Positions 28,405 through 36,634 of a stretch of DNA of 64,000 bases are shown here, piece by piece. Source of the DNA: a virus. Lineage: Duplodnaviria > Caudoviricetes. The notes beneath the pieces are model-generated. The model was not told where the DNA came from. It saw nothing but the letters and a program-made list of their open reading frames with translations, and made no database searches. The translations under genes and the position numbers were made by a program. The number at the start of each line of letters is the position of its first letter. The stretch's first letter is position 1. Where the stretch lies: the IMG/VR virus record IMGVR_UViG_3300027278_000003. The stretch is one strand, 5' to 3'.

Positions 28405-28646
28405 TGCCTACTATTAGCACACATGTTGACGTTGATATTGATCTAGATGATTTTGACGATGATGAAATCATTGAAGAAATGGAGCATCGTGGTTATACGT
28501 GTTACAAATCACAAATACCAGTACAAGAAGAAAATAGATTGACACGAAACGAATTTGATGTTATCTATTCTATGCTGAATGACTTGGAAGATTGGGAACA
28601 TCGCCGCATTCGCGACAAACTCAAAATGATGGAACAACTAAAATGA
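28404..28646 (+). CDS. Small acidic hypothetical protein
   Basis: TAATG coupling. Confidence 0.55.
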   Translation: MPTISTHVDVDIDLDDFDDDEIIEEMEHRGYTCYKSQIPVQEENRLTRNEFDVIYSMLNDLEDWEHRRIRDKLKMMEQLK

Positions 28647-28664
28647 TGGAACAACTAAAATGAT
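28623..28664 (+). repeat. 17-bp tandem duplication AAAATGATGGAACAACT (x2.5) at a gene junction
   Basis: 28623-39, 28640-56, partial 28657-64. Confidence 0.85.
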
Positions 28665-28845
28665 TAGCAAAGTAGACGACACAACCGCAGCGTTTCCAAA
28701 AGCCACTCGTATTGAAGTGATTGGTAACGGACGTGAATATGTCAAGTATGGTGTTCGCAATGTTTGGGCAAGTATCCAAGATGATGGACGCACTGTAAAA
28801 ATCTTTCTTGAATATGACGAAGAAGAGGAAATCTGTAATGACTGA
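28660..28845 (+). CDS. Small hypothetical protein
   Basis: ORF track. Confidence 0.55.
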   Translation: MISKVDDTTAAFPKATRIEVIGNGREYVKYGVRNVWASIQDDGRTVKIFLEYDEEEEICND

Positions 28846-29127
28846 TCATATTGTAGACTTTATTAAATTTCTTGCAAACCTAGCAGTTGCTATTGGCGTT
28901 GTTTAATTTCTTGCGTGGCTTACTGGCCAAACTCCCGATGAAGTAGTAGAATGAAGGCATACACAGCATACAAGCGTTGGTGGAAAATTACACAAGCACC
29001 TAATCTAATACCTTCGCTGTATTGGGGCGAAACAGTGGAAGAAGCGTTCGTAGTTCACATAAGCAAAATGAGTTTGTATGAGCTTATGGAAAAATTGGAA
29101 GATTGGAATAACGATGAGTAAACTATC

Positions 29128-29601
29128 TTGATTATGAAGCAAAGGGACTACATGGCAATGACGGCTAATATCTCACATCGTCCAATCTTGGACACTGCCA
29201 AAGTATGCGAACACTATTCAGCAAAGGATGGTGTAGAAGTAAAGTATATTTGCACTAGCGCACTAGGCGGCGAAGCGCAAGCGATGGATATCTACTATCG
29301 TGCGACTCCGCACCCAGAGTTTGGTAATCGCTATTTTGGTCTGTATTTTAGGTCAACTGGCCCATTGGATGAACAACGACAACTTTGTATCACCAATGCA
29401 GACAGGATTGAAGAACTAGAGTTTGGCATGAAAGAAGTTGATGGGCAATGGCATTACAGTCAACACCGTCACGATTTTTACACTGTGGGTGATGTATCAC
29501 TTGATGGTGGTCGTGCATACTTTCGTGTAGTTGGTAATGTGAACCTACCAACCAAATTCTTTGCTGTTAAAGATGGCGAGTTTGTAGAGAAACCAGAATG
29601 A
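29128..29601 (+). CDS. Hypothetical phage protein
   Basis: YSQHRHDF..VSLDGGRAYFR. Confidence 0.6.
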   Translation: MIMKQRDYMAMTANISHRPILDTAKVCEHYSAKDGVEVKYICTSALGGEAQAMDIYYRATPHPEFGNRYFGLYFRSTGPLDEQRQLCITNADRIEELEFGMKEVDGQWHYSQHRHDFYTVGDVSLDGGRAYFRVVGNVNLPTKFFAVKDGEFVEKPE

Positions 29602-29622
29602 AACAAAATTCATTAAATCTTT

Positions 29623-29856
29623 GTGGAGAAATATTATCGCACAGAAAGTGATCACGAAAAACGACAGTCGAAATATTATTGTGATTTGTATTCAAAACAA
29701 CAACTAGATTATCATATCGCGCAAGATGAAATTCGCAAACTAAAACGTAAGGTAACTGAAAAATCATCGCAGCGTATTACAAACCTAATGATTGGATTCT
29801 TCACAGGATTCTTTTTGAGTGGGTTTGTAATGAATCTGGCAGGATTGGAAGTATAA
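29623..29856 (+). CDS. Small coiled-coil protein with C-terminal membrane anchor
   Basis: ORF track; hydrophobic tail LMIGFFTGFFLSGFVM. Confidence 0.5.
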   Translation: MEKYYRTESDHEKRQSKYYCDLYSKQQLDYHIAQDEIRKLKRKVTEKSSQRITNLMIGFFTGFFLSGFVMNLAGLEV

Positions 29857-29857
29857 A

Positions 29858-30601
29858 ATGGAAGATAGAGTTTTAACACATACTGTAGAATTTAAACTTG
29901 ACGAACCAATTCACGTTCAAGGAACAAAACTATTCTACAAGAAATATCCATACAAAATCGTTATTTCTAAAAAGTTGTCAACACGTAGTATCCCTAGTAT
30001 CCCTTGGCAACGTAGATCAAGTGATGAAGCAATCTTTCGTTCTATCACTGAAAACAACTTTTATAAAACAAAGCAACTGGTCCGTGAAGATGCAACGAGT
30101 GACATTTTTAAAGATAAGGTTCGGGTCCGTGAAGAAATGGATATGAGCGTTTTCTTTGCAAACAAAGAAGACTACGATCTTGGTGTTAAACGATATGGTA
30201 TTGCAATCAAAGAAGTCACAGAACCTTTCCGTGAAGATTTGACGCAACTTGTTGGCGGATTGAACAAGCGTGTTGAAATTCGCAAGAGTTTGTATTTCAA
30301 AGAATACAAATATCGTGTTGATTTCACAATCCCATATAGTTACGGGACTAGTGCTGGTGGGAAAAAAGACGCACTATATAAAGAATTGTCAAGATTCTTC
30401 AAAGATGATCCAGTTGGACAACGTGCAGGTATGAACAGTCTGTTGGAATGGTATATGAAACATGGCAACAGATACTATCATTCTACATACAGTATGTTGT
30501 TCAATGATGAATCTGACGTTGCCTATGTTGCTTTTATGCTTGACGAAAAAATCAAAATCAAAGCAATCAAAGAAGCAGTGCTAATGAAAGACTTTGAATG
30601 A
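29858..30601 (+). CDS. Hypothetical protein, paralog of 38839-39549
   Basis: TKLFYKKYPYKI and RKSLYFKEYKYRV shared with 38839-39549. Confidence 0.7.
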   Translation: MEDRVLTHTVEFKLDEPIHVQGTKLFYKKYPYKIVISKKLSTRSIPSIPWQRRSSDEAIFRSITENNFYKTKQLVREDATSDIFKDKVRVREEMDMSVFFANKEDYDLGVKRYGIAIKEVTEPFREDLTQLVGGLNKRVEIRKSLYFKEYKYRVDFTIPYSYGTSAGGKKDALYKELSRFFKDDPVGQRAGMNSLLEWYMKHGNRYYHSTYSMLFNDESDVAYVAFMLDEKIKIKAIKEAVLMKDFE

Positions 30602-30840
30602 AACAATATCCCTTTAAGTTCAAACTCAAATGGGATGGCATTGAATGGTGGCAGAGCAAAGTAACGCTTGGCTCTGATCACTATTTTTATTACATCTATT
30701 GGTGGAACTGGCTTCCAAAAGAATATCGAAGTTGGGGCTTTGAACAAATGTATTACGATGGACCACATAATATGTTTAACTTTTGGTTCTTCAATATTAG
30801 TTGGTCAACTCCACTGACGAAGGTCCGTAAGGATACTTAA
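30598..30840 (+). CDS. Small Trp/Tyr-rich hypothetical protein
   Basis: ATGA overlap. Confidence 0.5.
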   Translation: MKQYPFKFKLKWDGIEWWQSKVTLGSDHYFYYIYWWNWLPKEYRSWGFEQMYYDGPHNMFNFWFFNISWSTPLTKVRKDT

Positions 30841-30853
30841 AGAAAGACTTGTA

Positions 30854-31273
30854 ATGAAGATACTAATTTTTGGCTTGCCGGGTAGTGGAAAAACCTGGCT
30901 TGCTGAGAGACTACAAAAAGAACTTGGTTGTGCATGGTTTAATGCTGACCAAGTTCGAACCATGTCCAATGACTGGGATTTTTCAGAAGACGGAAGATTA
31001 CGTCAGTCAAATAGAATGAAAAATCTTGCAGACTTTGAACACAAATTTGGTAGGATTGTTATTTGTGATTTTGTATGTCCAACAGAACACACACGCAAGT
31101 CGTTTGATGCGGATTATACGATTTGGCTGGACACTATAGACGCTGGTAGGTTTGCAGACACAAACAAAATTTTTGAAAAGCCAAATAAAGTAGACTACCA
31201 CATATCACAGTGGTTTGATGATACACATGTGCAACTTGCCGAAATTATAAAACGGAGAATTATAAATGTTTGA
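30854..31273 (+). CDS. cysC: Adenylylsulfate (APS) kinase-like protein
   Basis: GLPGSGKT P-loop, NADQVR, DFSEDGRLRQ, VICDFVCP. Confidence 0.75.
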   Translation: MKILIFGLPGSGKTWLAERLQKELGCAWFNADQVRTMSNDWDFSEDGRLRQSNRMKNLADFEHKFGRIVICDFVCPTEHTRKSFDADYTIWLDTIDAGRFADTNKIFEKPNKVDYHISQWFDDTHVQLAEIIKRRIINV

Positions 31274-31676
31274 TTGGAAAAAACCAACTGCACAAATGCT
31301 AGGGCGTTGGCAACCGTGGCATGATGGACATACCGCATTGTTTAAAAAGGCTCTTGCTGAAATTGGACAAGTTTGTATCATGGTGCGTGACGTTGGCGGT
31401 ATCGTTGGCGAAGACGCAGGCGGAGGACGTACTGCAAAACAAGATGATAACCCATTCGATTACCCTAGAGTCCACATTAATATTGTTAATGGTCTTGGCG
31501 AACATGGATTCACAGAAGGAGGTGAATACGTCATAATGCGCGTTCCGAATATTGTGGATATTAGCTATGGTCGGAGTGTTGGTTACACATTGACGGAACA
31601 TGATCTGGGCGAAGATATTCATAACATCAGCGCAACCAAAATTCGTGCAAAACTAAGGGAAGATGGGAAACTTTAA
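31266..31676 (+). CDS. Cytidylyltransferase-superfamily nucleotidyltransferase
   Basis: GRWQPWHDGH (HxGH), DNPF, ISATKIR. Confidence 0.75.
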   Translation: MFDWKKPTAQMLGRWQPWHDGHTALFKKALAEIGQVCIMVRDVGGIVGEDAGGGRTAKQDDNPFDYPRVHINIVNGLGEHGFTEGGEYVIMRVPNIVDISYGRSVGYTLTEHDLGEDIHNISATKIRAKLREDGKL

Positions 31677-31690
31677 CAATAAATACTCTA

Positions 31691-32938
31691 ATGAGCAAAA
31701 TTAAAGTTTTCTATGATGCAGTAAGATGCAACCCATATAGTTCAATACAATTTTATAGAATGTTGTCACCTGATCAGGTAGATAACTTACTATTAATGGA
31801 CATTGCAGATACGCATACCGCTACCGAAAATTATTATTTGTATTTTCATATGTATGATGCTCTTTATCATTCACACTTTGATAATTTTTGTGATGAACTA
31901 GCCAAATGCAATTATGATGTGAATCAAGTGCCTGCGTGGAATGCAATAATGAATATGAGAGGTATAATGGCTCTCACTGATGTTCACATACGAGACATAA
32001 AATCTGGTAAATGTAAGGTTATAATAGATACTGTATTAGAAGGATTTTTTTTAACAGCGTGGCGGTTCATACATCATATATTTGACAGTGAGCCAAGTAG
32101 CATAATATGGTTAACTGGTGATTATAAATTAGCATACAAAAACGATATAGGATACGACCTCAGAACCATAAATTATTGGGAACGTCACATGAGTGAGCAA
32201 AATCAATCAGGTGATGAAATGCGAGAGTTTTTAAAAGAAATATCAACGCCGCCAAATCCAAATGGCACTCGTTTACACTATTGCACATATTATAACAGAA
32301 GAATACGAAATCACCGCGTGGACATGATGATTGAAATGTTTCATCGTGAACAAACAAAAAATATGATTTGGTCGTGGGGCGGCAACGTTGAAAAGTATGC
32401 AATGCATATACGCAGCCCAAGATACAGAAACTATATAATAAACAAATTTGGCAATGAGTATATAAATGCCGCAAGCGATGTTCTTGCTTGGGGTAATCGA
32501 CAATCACATCCATCCACGACCGACAATTTATCTGTTAACTTATGCCAAATATATAATTTTGACCACATACGAAATACATATTATCAATTTGTAGTAGAAA
32601 CTTTTGCATCAGATGGGATACATACATTCCTGAGTGAAAAGACATTTAAAGCGTTTCTGTTTAGACAACCATTTGTGATGTGGGGAGATCCGAACACGGT
32701 TTCCGAACTTCGCAAGTCTGGATATAAGACATTTGATCATTGGATAAATCATAGCTACGATACTATAGAAAACCCAGATGATCGAAGACAGGCTATTGCG
32801 GATGAAATCGTGAGATTGAATTCTATACCAAAACATGAATGGACATCAATGTTAATTGAAATGCAAGAAGAATTGAACCACAACTATCACCATTTGGTTG
32901 ACACCGCACACAACCGCTATTCGTTGAAATTAGAGTAA
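31691..32938 (+). CDS. Hypothetical protein, possible glycosyltransferase-like
   Basis: VVET..FLSEKTFKA...QPFVMWG...GYKTFDHWINHSYD; late promoter AATAAATAC near 31678. Confidence 0.5.
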   Translation: MSKIKVFYDAVRCNPYSSIQFYRMLSPDQVDNLLLMDIADTHTATENYYLYFHMYDALYHSHFDNFCDELAKCNYDVNQVPAWNAIMNMRGIMALTDVHIRDIKSGKCKVIIDTVLEGFFLTAWRFIHHIFDSEPSSIIWLTGDYKLAYKNDIGYDLRTINYWERHMSEQNQSGDEMREFLKEISTPPNPNGTRLHYCTYYNRRIRNHRVDMMIEMFHREQTKNMIWSWGGNVEKYAMHIRSPRYRNYIINKFGNEYINAASDVLAWGNRQSHPSTTDNLSVNLCQIYNFDHIRNTYYQFVVETFASDGIHTFLSEKTFKAFLFRQPFVMWGDPNTVSELRKSGYKTFDHWINHSYDTIENPDDRRQAIADEIVRLNSIPKHEWTSMLIEMQEELNHNYHHLVDTAHNRYSLKLE

Positions 32939-32942
32939 TATC

Positions 32943-33374
32943 ATGGAACTATATACACTACAGCCAAACTTACCAGAAATACCAGAACACTTAATATTAA
33001 AAGATCCCGAACTTATACGTAAAATACCTGATAACTTTCCATATCCAAACCCAACATATTCTACACATGACGTAAGCCCAGTGTTACGAATTTGGTTGCA
33101 AAAACACTTTGATTTTAAATTTTATGTGAATTATCAGGTCATGTATAGACAACTTCCTATACACATTGATATCGACCGAGAGGTCTGTTATAACTACATA
33201 ATTGATACAGGTGGTGATAACGTCAAAACTAGGTGGTACGACGACTCACAGACTACTGAAATTCATAGCGTAGTTGTTCCCGAACGAGTTTGGCACAAAC
33301 TTGATGTATCCAAACCACATGACATTAGTGAAGTTTCTAGACCAAGATTTAGTATTACTGTTTGGCCTGCATAA
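32943..33374 (+). CDS. DSBH / 2OG-Fe(II) oxygenase-like protein
   Basis: LPIHID...KPHDI...RFSITV. Confidence 0.55.
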   Translation: MELYTLQPNLPEIPEHLILKDPELIRKIPDNFPYPNPTYSTHDVSPVLRIWLQKHFDFKFYVNYQVMYRQLPIHIDIDREVCYNYIIDTGGDNVKTRWYDDSQTTEIHSVVVPERVWHKLDVSKPHDISEVSRPRFSITVWPA

Positions 33375-33375
33375 T

Positions 33376-33402
33376 AAAAAAGGGGACCTAAGTCCCCTTT
33401 TC
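33376..33402. terminator. Bidirectional intrinsic terminator between convergent genes
   Basis: AAAAAAGGGGAC-CTAA-GTCCCCTTTT. Confidence 0.8.
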
Positions 33403-33409
33403 CATTTTA

Positions 33410-34162
33410 TTAATCGTCTTCTCCGTAGATTTTTAGAACTTCTACAACTGCTGGGTGCCGTTCAACATCCATCATGTCAAAACGTGATATTGCAATATGT
33501 TTTAGATTTGCATGTTCATAACGTCTTACTAAGTCCATAAAATCTGAGAGACCATTCTCCGAAAATCCCCTATCGTGTTGTTTTAGGTCTCCAGTTACGA
33601 TCATCTTAGCACCGTTGCCGATACGCGTTAGTAGCATTTTCATTTGCGACTTTGTAGCGTTCTGCATCTCGTCTGCGATGATCCAAGCATTTTCAAATGT
33701 TCTGCCGCGCATATAAGCAAGCGGTGAGATTTCGATTACGTTGTTTTCTAACATCATCGTAATTTGATCTACTGTGAAATGCTTTTCAAAAATATCAAAT
33801 ATTGGTCTTGTCCAAGGTGCCATCTTCTCATTTAGATCACCCGGCAGGAAACCGTGTTGCTCGTCCACTGATACTGCTGGACGAGTAATAACAATCTTTT
33901 TCACCTCTCTTTCCATAAATGCTTTGATACCCATTTGTGTACACAACAGCGTTTTACCTGTACCAGCTGGCCCGATAGCGAATACAATATTGTTATCTGG
34001 ATTTGCTAGTTGATAAAGGTAATCTTCCTGTGCTATGTTACGGGGTAAGATTGTTGGTAATGTTTTTCTGTGTAGTGGAATAATGCCATGATCGTTTGAG
34101 TGTTGAGTCTCACGGCTGACTCGGCTATTAGTGTGTTTTTCAACACGCTTTTTTCTTGCCAT
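33410..34162 (-). CDS. phoH: PhoH-family ATPase
   Basis: GPAGTGKT, ITRPAV, GFLPG, PLAYMRGRTF, DEMQN, VTGDLKQHD, RHPAV. Confidence 0.95.
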   Translation of the reverse strand: MARKKRVEKHTNSRVSRETQHSNDHGIIPLHRKTLPTILPRNIAQEDYLYQLANPDNNIVFAIGPAGTGKTLLCTQMGIKAFMEREVKKIVITRPAVSVDEQHGFLPGDLNEKMAPWTRPIFDIFEKHFTVDQITMMLENNVIEISPLAYMRGRTFENAWIIADEMQNATKSQMKMLLTRIGNGAKMIVTGDLKQHDRGFSENGLSDFMDLVRRYEHANLKHIAISRFDMMDVERHPAVVEVLKIYGEDD

Positions 34163-34315
34163 GTTGTTGCCTCCTAGTGAGGGGATTTTCTATACGAACA
34201 AACTATTTGTTCATATATACTTATCATATAACAACCCTCAAAAAATTACAAGTTAACTTTGGACTTGACAAAAAGTTATTTCTATGATAAATACATTAAC
34301 AACGGAGAATTCACA

Positions 34316-34828
34316 ATGTCAGAAGTTAATCAAAACGATGTTCTTGATAATCTAAGATCAATCGACAAGAACGGTACCCTATTGGAAATGTTGCTAGAGT
34401 TTGAACATGTGTTAGACCAGCAAGGCATGTATGCATACAAAAACTGGAAACTAGGAGAAGTGGCTGAAGGTCCGCACCTTTCACGTTACTGGTTACATAT
34501 AAAGTTACTATACCCATACAAGAAAATGCCAGACCCACGTGCTGCATTGCGTTTGACTGATATTGGTTGTGAAATCAAATTCAACAAAGGTGTTCTTAAA
34601 ACTCCAGTTGATGTAAAATCACGCGAAGACTTGGACGAAGAAGGTAAGCCAAAACTAAAATCTAATGACGTTTGGTTAATCGACGTTTGGATGCCACGTA
34701 AATTTGTTGATGAATTCTCAGATGAAAAAATTAAAATTGGCGATGATGAAGTAGATATGTCAGAACTGAACCAAGCATATGACGATGGTTTGGACGACGA
34801 AACTAATATTGAACAGCAGGATATTTAA
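34316..34828 (+). CDS. Hypothetical phage protein
   Basis: GGAG RBS; late promoter TAAATA at 34288. Confidence 0.65.
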   Translation: MSEVNQNDVLDNLRSIDKNGTLLEMLLEFEHVLDQQGMYAYKNWKLGEVAEGPHLSRYWLHIKLLYPYKKMPDPRAALRLTDIGCEIKFNKGVLKTPVDVKSREDLDEEGKPKLKSNDVWLIDVWMPRKFVDEFSDEKIKIGDDEVDMSELNQAYDDGLDDETNIEQQDI

Positions 34829-34830
34829 CA

Positions 34831-35244
34831 ATGAGATACGAACAGATAAAAGAAGGCGTTGAATACGGCGACCTACAATCACTTGTAAAAAATATCGTCA
34901 GCATTGCCGAATTCGAACCAAAAACTGGCATCGATAATGATGTTGTAGTAATTGGATTCTATGTTGACGACGAATCACCTGCACAAGACTTGGGTACTTT
35001 TCTTGAGCGCGGCGTTGCAGAAATTCTAGACACAGAAGTTTCTCCTAACCCAGACGATGAAGGTTATTACATGGTTTTCGTTGAAATAGACAATGACGAA
35101 AAACTTATGGAAAACGTGTTTGAAATGATTCTGGACACAGAACGTCTAACAAACATTCAAGAATGGACTCTGCGCTTCTTTAACGGTACTACAAAAACAA
35201 TTACAACGGAACAGATTAAAGCATGGCTAAAGACGAATACATAG
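34831..35244 (+). CDS. Hypothetical phage protein
   Basis: ORF track, operon context. Confidence 0.65.
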   Translation: MRYEQIKEGVEYGDLQSLVKNIVSIAEFEPKTGIDNDVVVIGFYVDDESPAQDLGTFLERGVAEILDTEVSPNPDDEGYYMVFVEIDNDEKLMENVFEMILDTERLTNIQEWTLRFFNGTTKTITTEQIKAWLKTNT

Positions 35245-35441
35245 AATTTGAAGGTCAGGTGGTAGACGTACTGCCGGGAAGCAAATTCAAAATTAAACTA
35301 GATAACAACCACATGATAGAAGGAACGTTGTCTGGAAAGATGCGAAAGAACAACATCAAAGTTATTCTATATGATCGTGTTAAAGTCGAAGTGTCGCCAT
35401 ACGATTTGAGCAAGGGACGTATTACGTTTAGATACAAATAA
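35223..35441 (+). CDS. infA: Translation initiation factor IF-1
   Basis: MAKDEYIEFEGQVVDVLP..F.IKLDN....SGKMRKNNIKV...DRVKVEVSPYDLSKGRITFRYK. Confidence 0.93.
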   Translation: MAKDEYIEFEGQVVDVLPGSKFKIKLDNNHMIEGTLSGKMRKNNIKVILYDRVKVEVSPYDLSKGRITFRYK

Positions 35442-35914
35442 TGTTTGCACTACCAAATATAAGAAAGTATTTCATACTTGCAGCACTGATATGTGCAGCA
35501 AGTTTCGCCGCCTGGAAATACTACACTTATACGCAAAATCAAATTCAAGTAGCAAAAACTAACGCAGCACTTGCGGAACAAGCCCTTGCAGACTCGAATG
35601 ATGCACTGTCAATGGTACGAGAAGATTTGATACAAGTTCGTGAAGAATTCGACCGAGTATCACAAGAATTCGCAGACGCACAGCGCAGAGTAGATGTATT
35701 GGAAGAAAAACTAACAGAGCATGAAATTGGCGCATTGGCGCAAGCAAAGCCTGCACTAGTTGAAAAAATAGTTGACAATGCTACACAAGATGTGTTAAGA
35801 TGTTTTGAGATAGAAAGTGGGTCACCACTTACACAGGAAGAAATCAATGCAACACGCCCGAGTGAAATCAACACTAGCTGTCCTGACATTGCTAACCCTA
35901 ACTACCGCCCTTAG
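35441..35914 (+). CDS. Inner-membrane spanin (Rz-like)
   Basis: N-terminal TM, long coiled coil, C-terminal Cys; its 3' end overlaps a lipoprotein gene. Confidence 0.65.
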   Translation: MFALPNIRKYFILAALICAASFAAWKYYTYTQNQIQVAKTNAALAEQALADSNDALSMVREDLIQVREEFDRVSQEFADAQRRVDVLEEKLTEHEIGALAQAKPALVEKIVDNATQDVLRCFEIESGSPLTQEEINATRPSEINTSCPDIANPNYRP

Positions 35915-36251
35915 TGCGTGTTCGACAACTCCACAAGTTGTTGAATATCAAGGAAAGCCAATCGACAGACCTGAACTAATTCTGCCACAAACTTCACAAT
36001 TAGATTTACGCAAAGTAGATTATATTGTTGTCAACCGCGACAACATAGAAGAAGTGTTTGCAGAACTTGAACGCACAGGTCAACCTATTGTACTTTTTGC
36101 TCTTACGAGTGACGGATACGAAGCACTAAGTCTTAACATCGCAGATGTCCTACAACTAGTGTCACAACAGAAAAATGTTATTGTCGCATATAGGAACTAT
36201 TACGAAAACGCAGATAGCGCAATTGCAGCACATAACGCAAGTGTCAAATGA
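35847..36251 (+). CDS. Outer-membrane spanin lipoprotein (Rz1-like)
   Basis: Hydrophobic signal plus lipobox LSAC; Pro-rich start; overlaps the i-spanin in another frame. Confidence 0.65.
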   Translation: MQHARVKSTLAVLTLLTLTTALSACSTTPQVVEYQGKPIDRPELILPQTSQLDLRKVDYIVVNRDNIEEVFAELERTGQPIVLFALTSDGYEALSLNIADVLQLVSQQKNVIVAYRNYYENADSAIAAHNASVK

Positions 36252-36634
36252 CAGATTACTATACACTGTTCGGTCTAACTAAATACTCTAGTAAAGACGA
36301 TATAAAGAAACAATACAGACTACTTCTAGAAAAACATCATCCCGATCTTGGAGGTGATGGAGATCCCGAAAAATTAAATCTTGTTATCGAAGCATATAAA
36401 CACTTGATGTTTGATGCAGACAATTATATACTGAATTTACACATTACGGTAACTTTGTCGCATGAACAACTTGCGTCTATGTTAGGAACAACGCACGACT
36501 TTATGAGTTCTGATATTGATGCAATCTTTAGCGTCAAAGTACCGTATGAAACACGAATTGGCGATACAATTTTAATTAAGAATATCGCACACAGCACTAA
36601 TCTAAAAATAACATTTAAGGACGAAAATGAGTAA
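36248..36634 (+). CDS. DnaJ-domain protein
   Basis: DYYTLFGL...IKKQYRLLLEKHHPDLGGD (HPD intact). Confidence 0.8.
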   Translation: MTDYYTLFGLTKYSSKDDIKKQYRLLLEKHHPDLGGDGDPEKLNLVIEAYKHLMFDADNYILNLHITVTLSHEQLASMLGTTHDFMSSDIDAIFSVKVPYETRIGDTILIKNIAHSTNLKITFKDENE

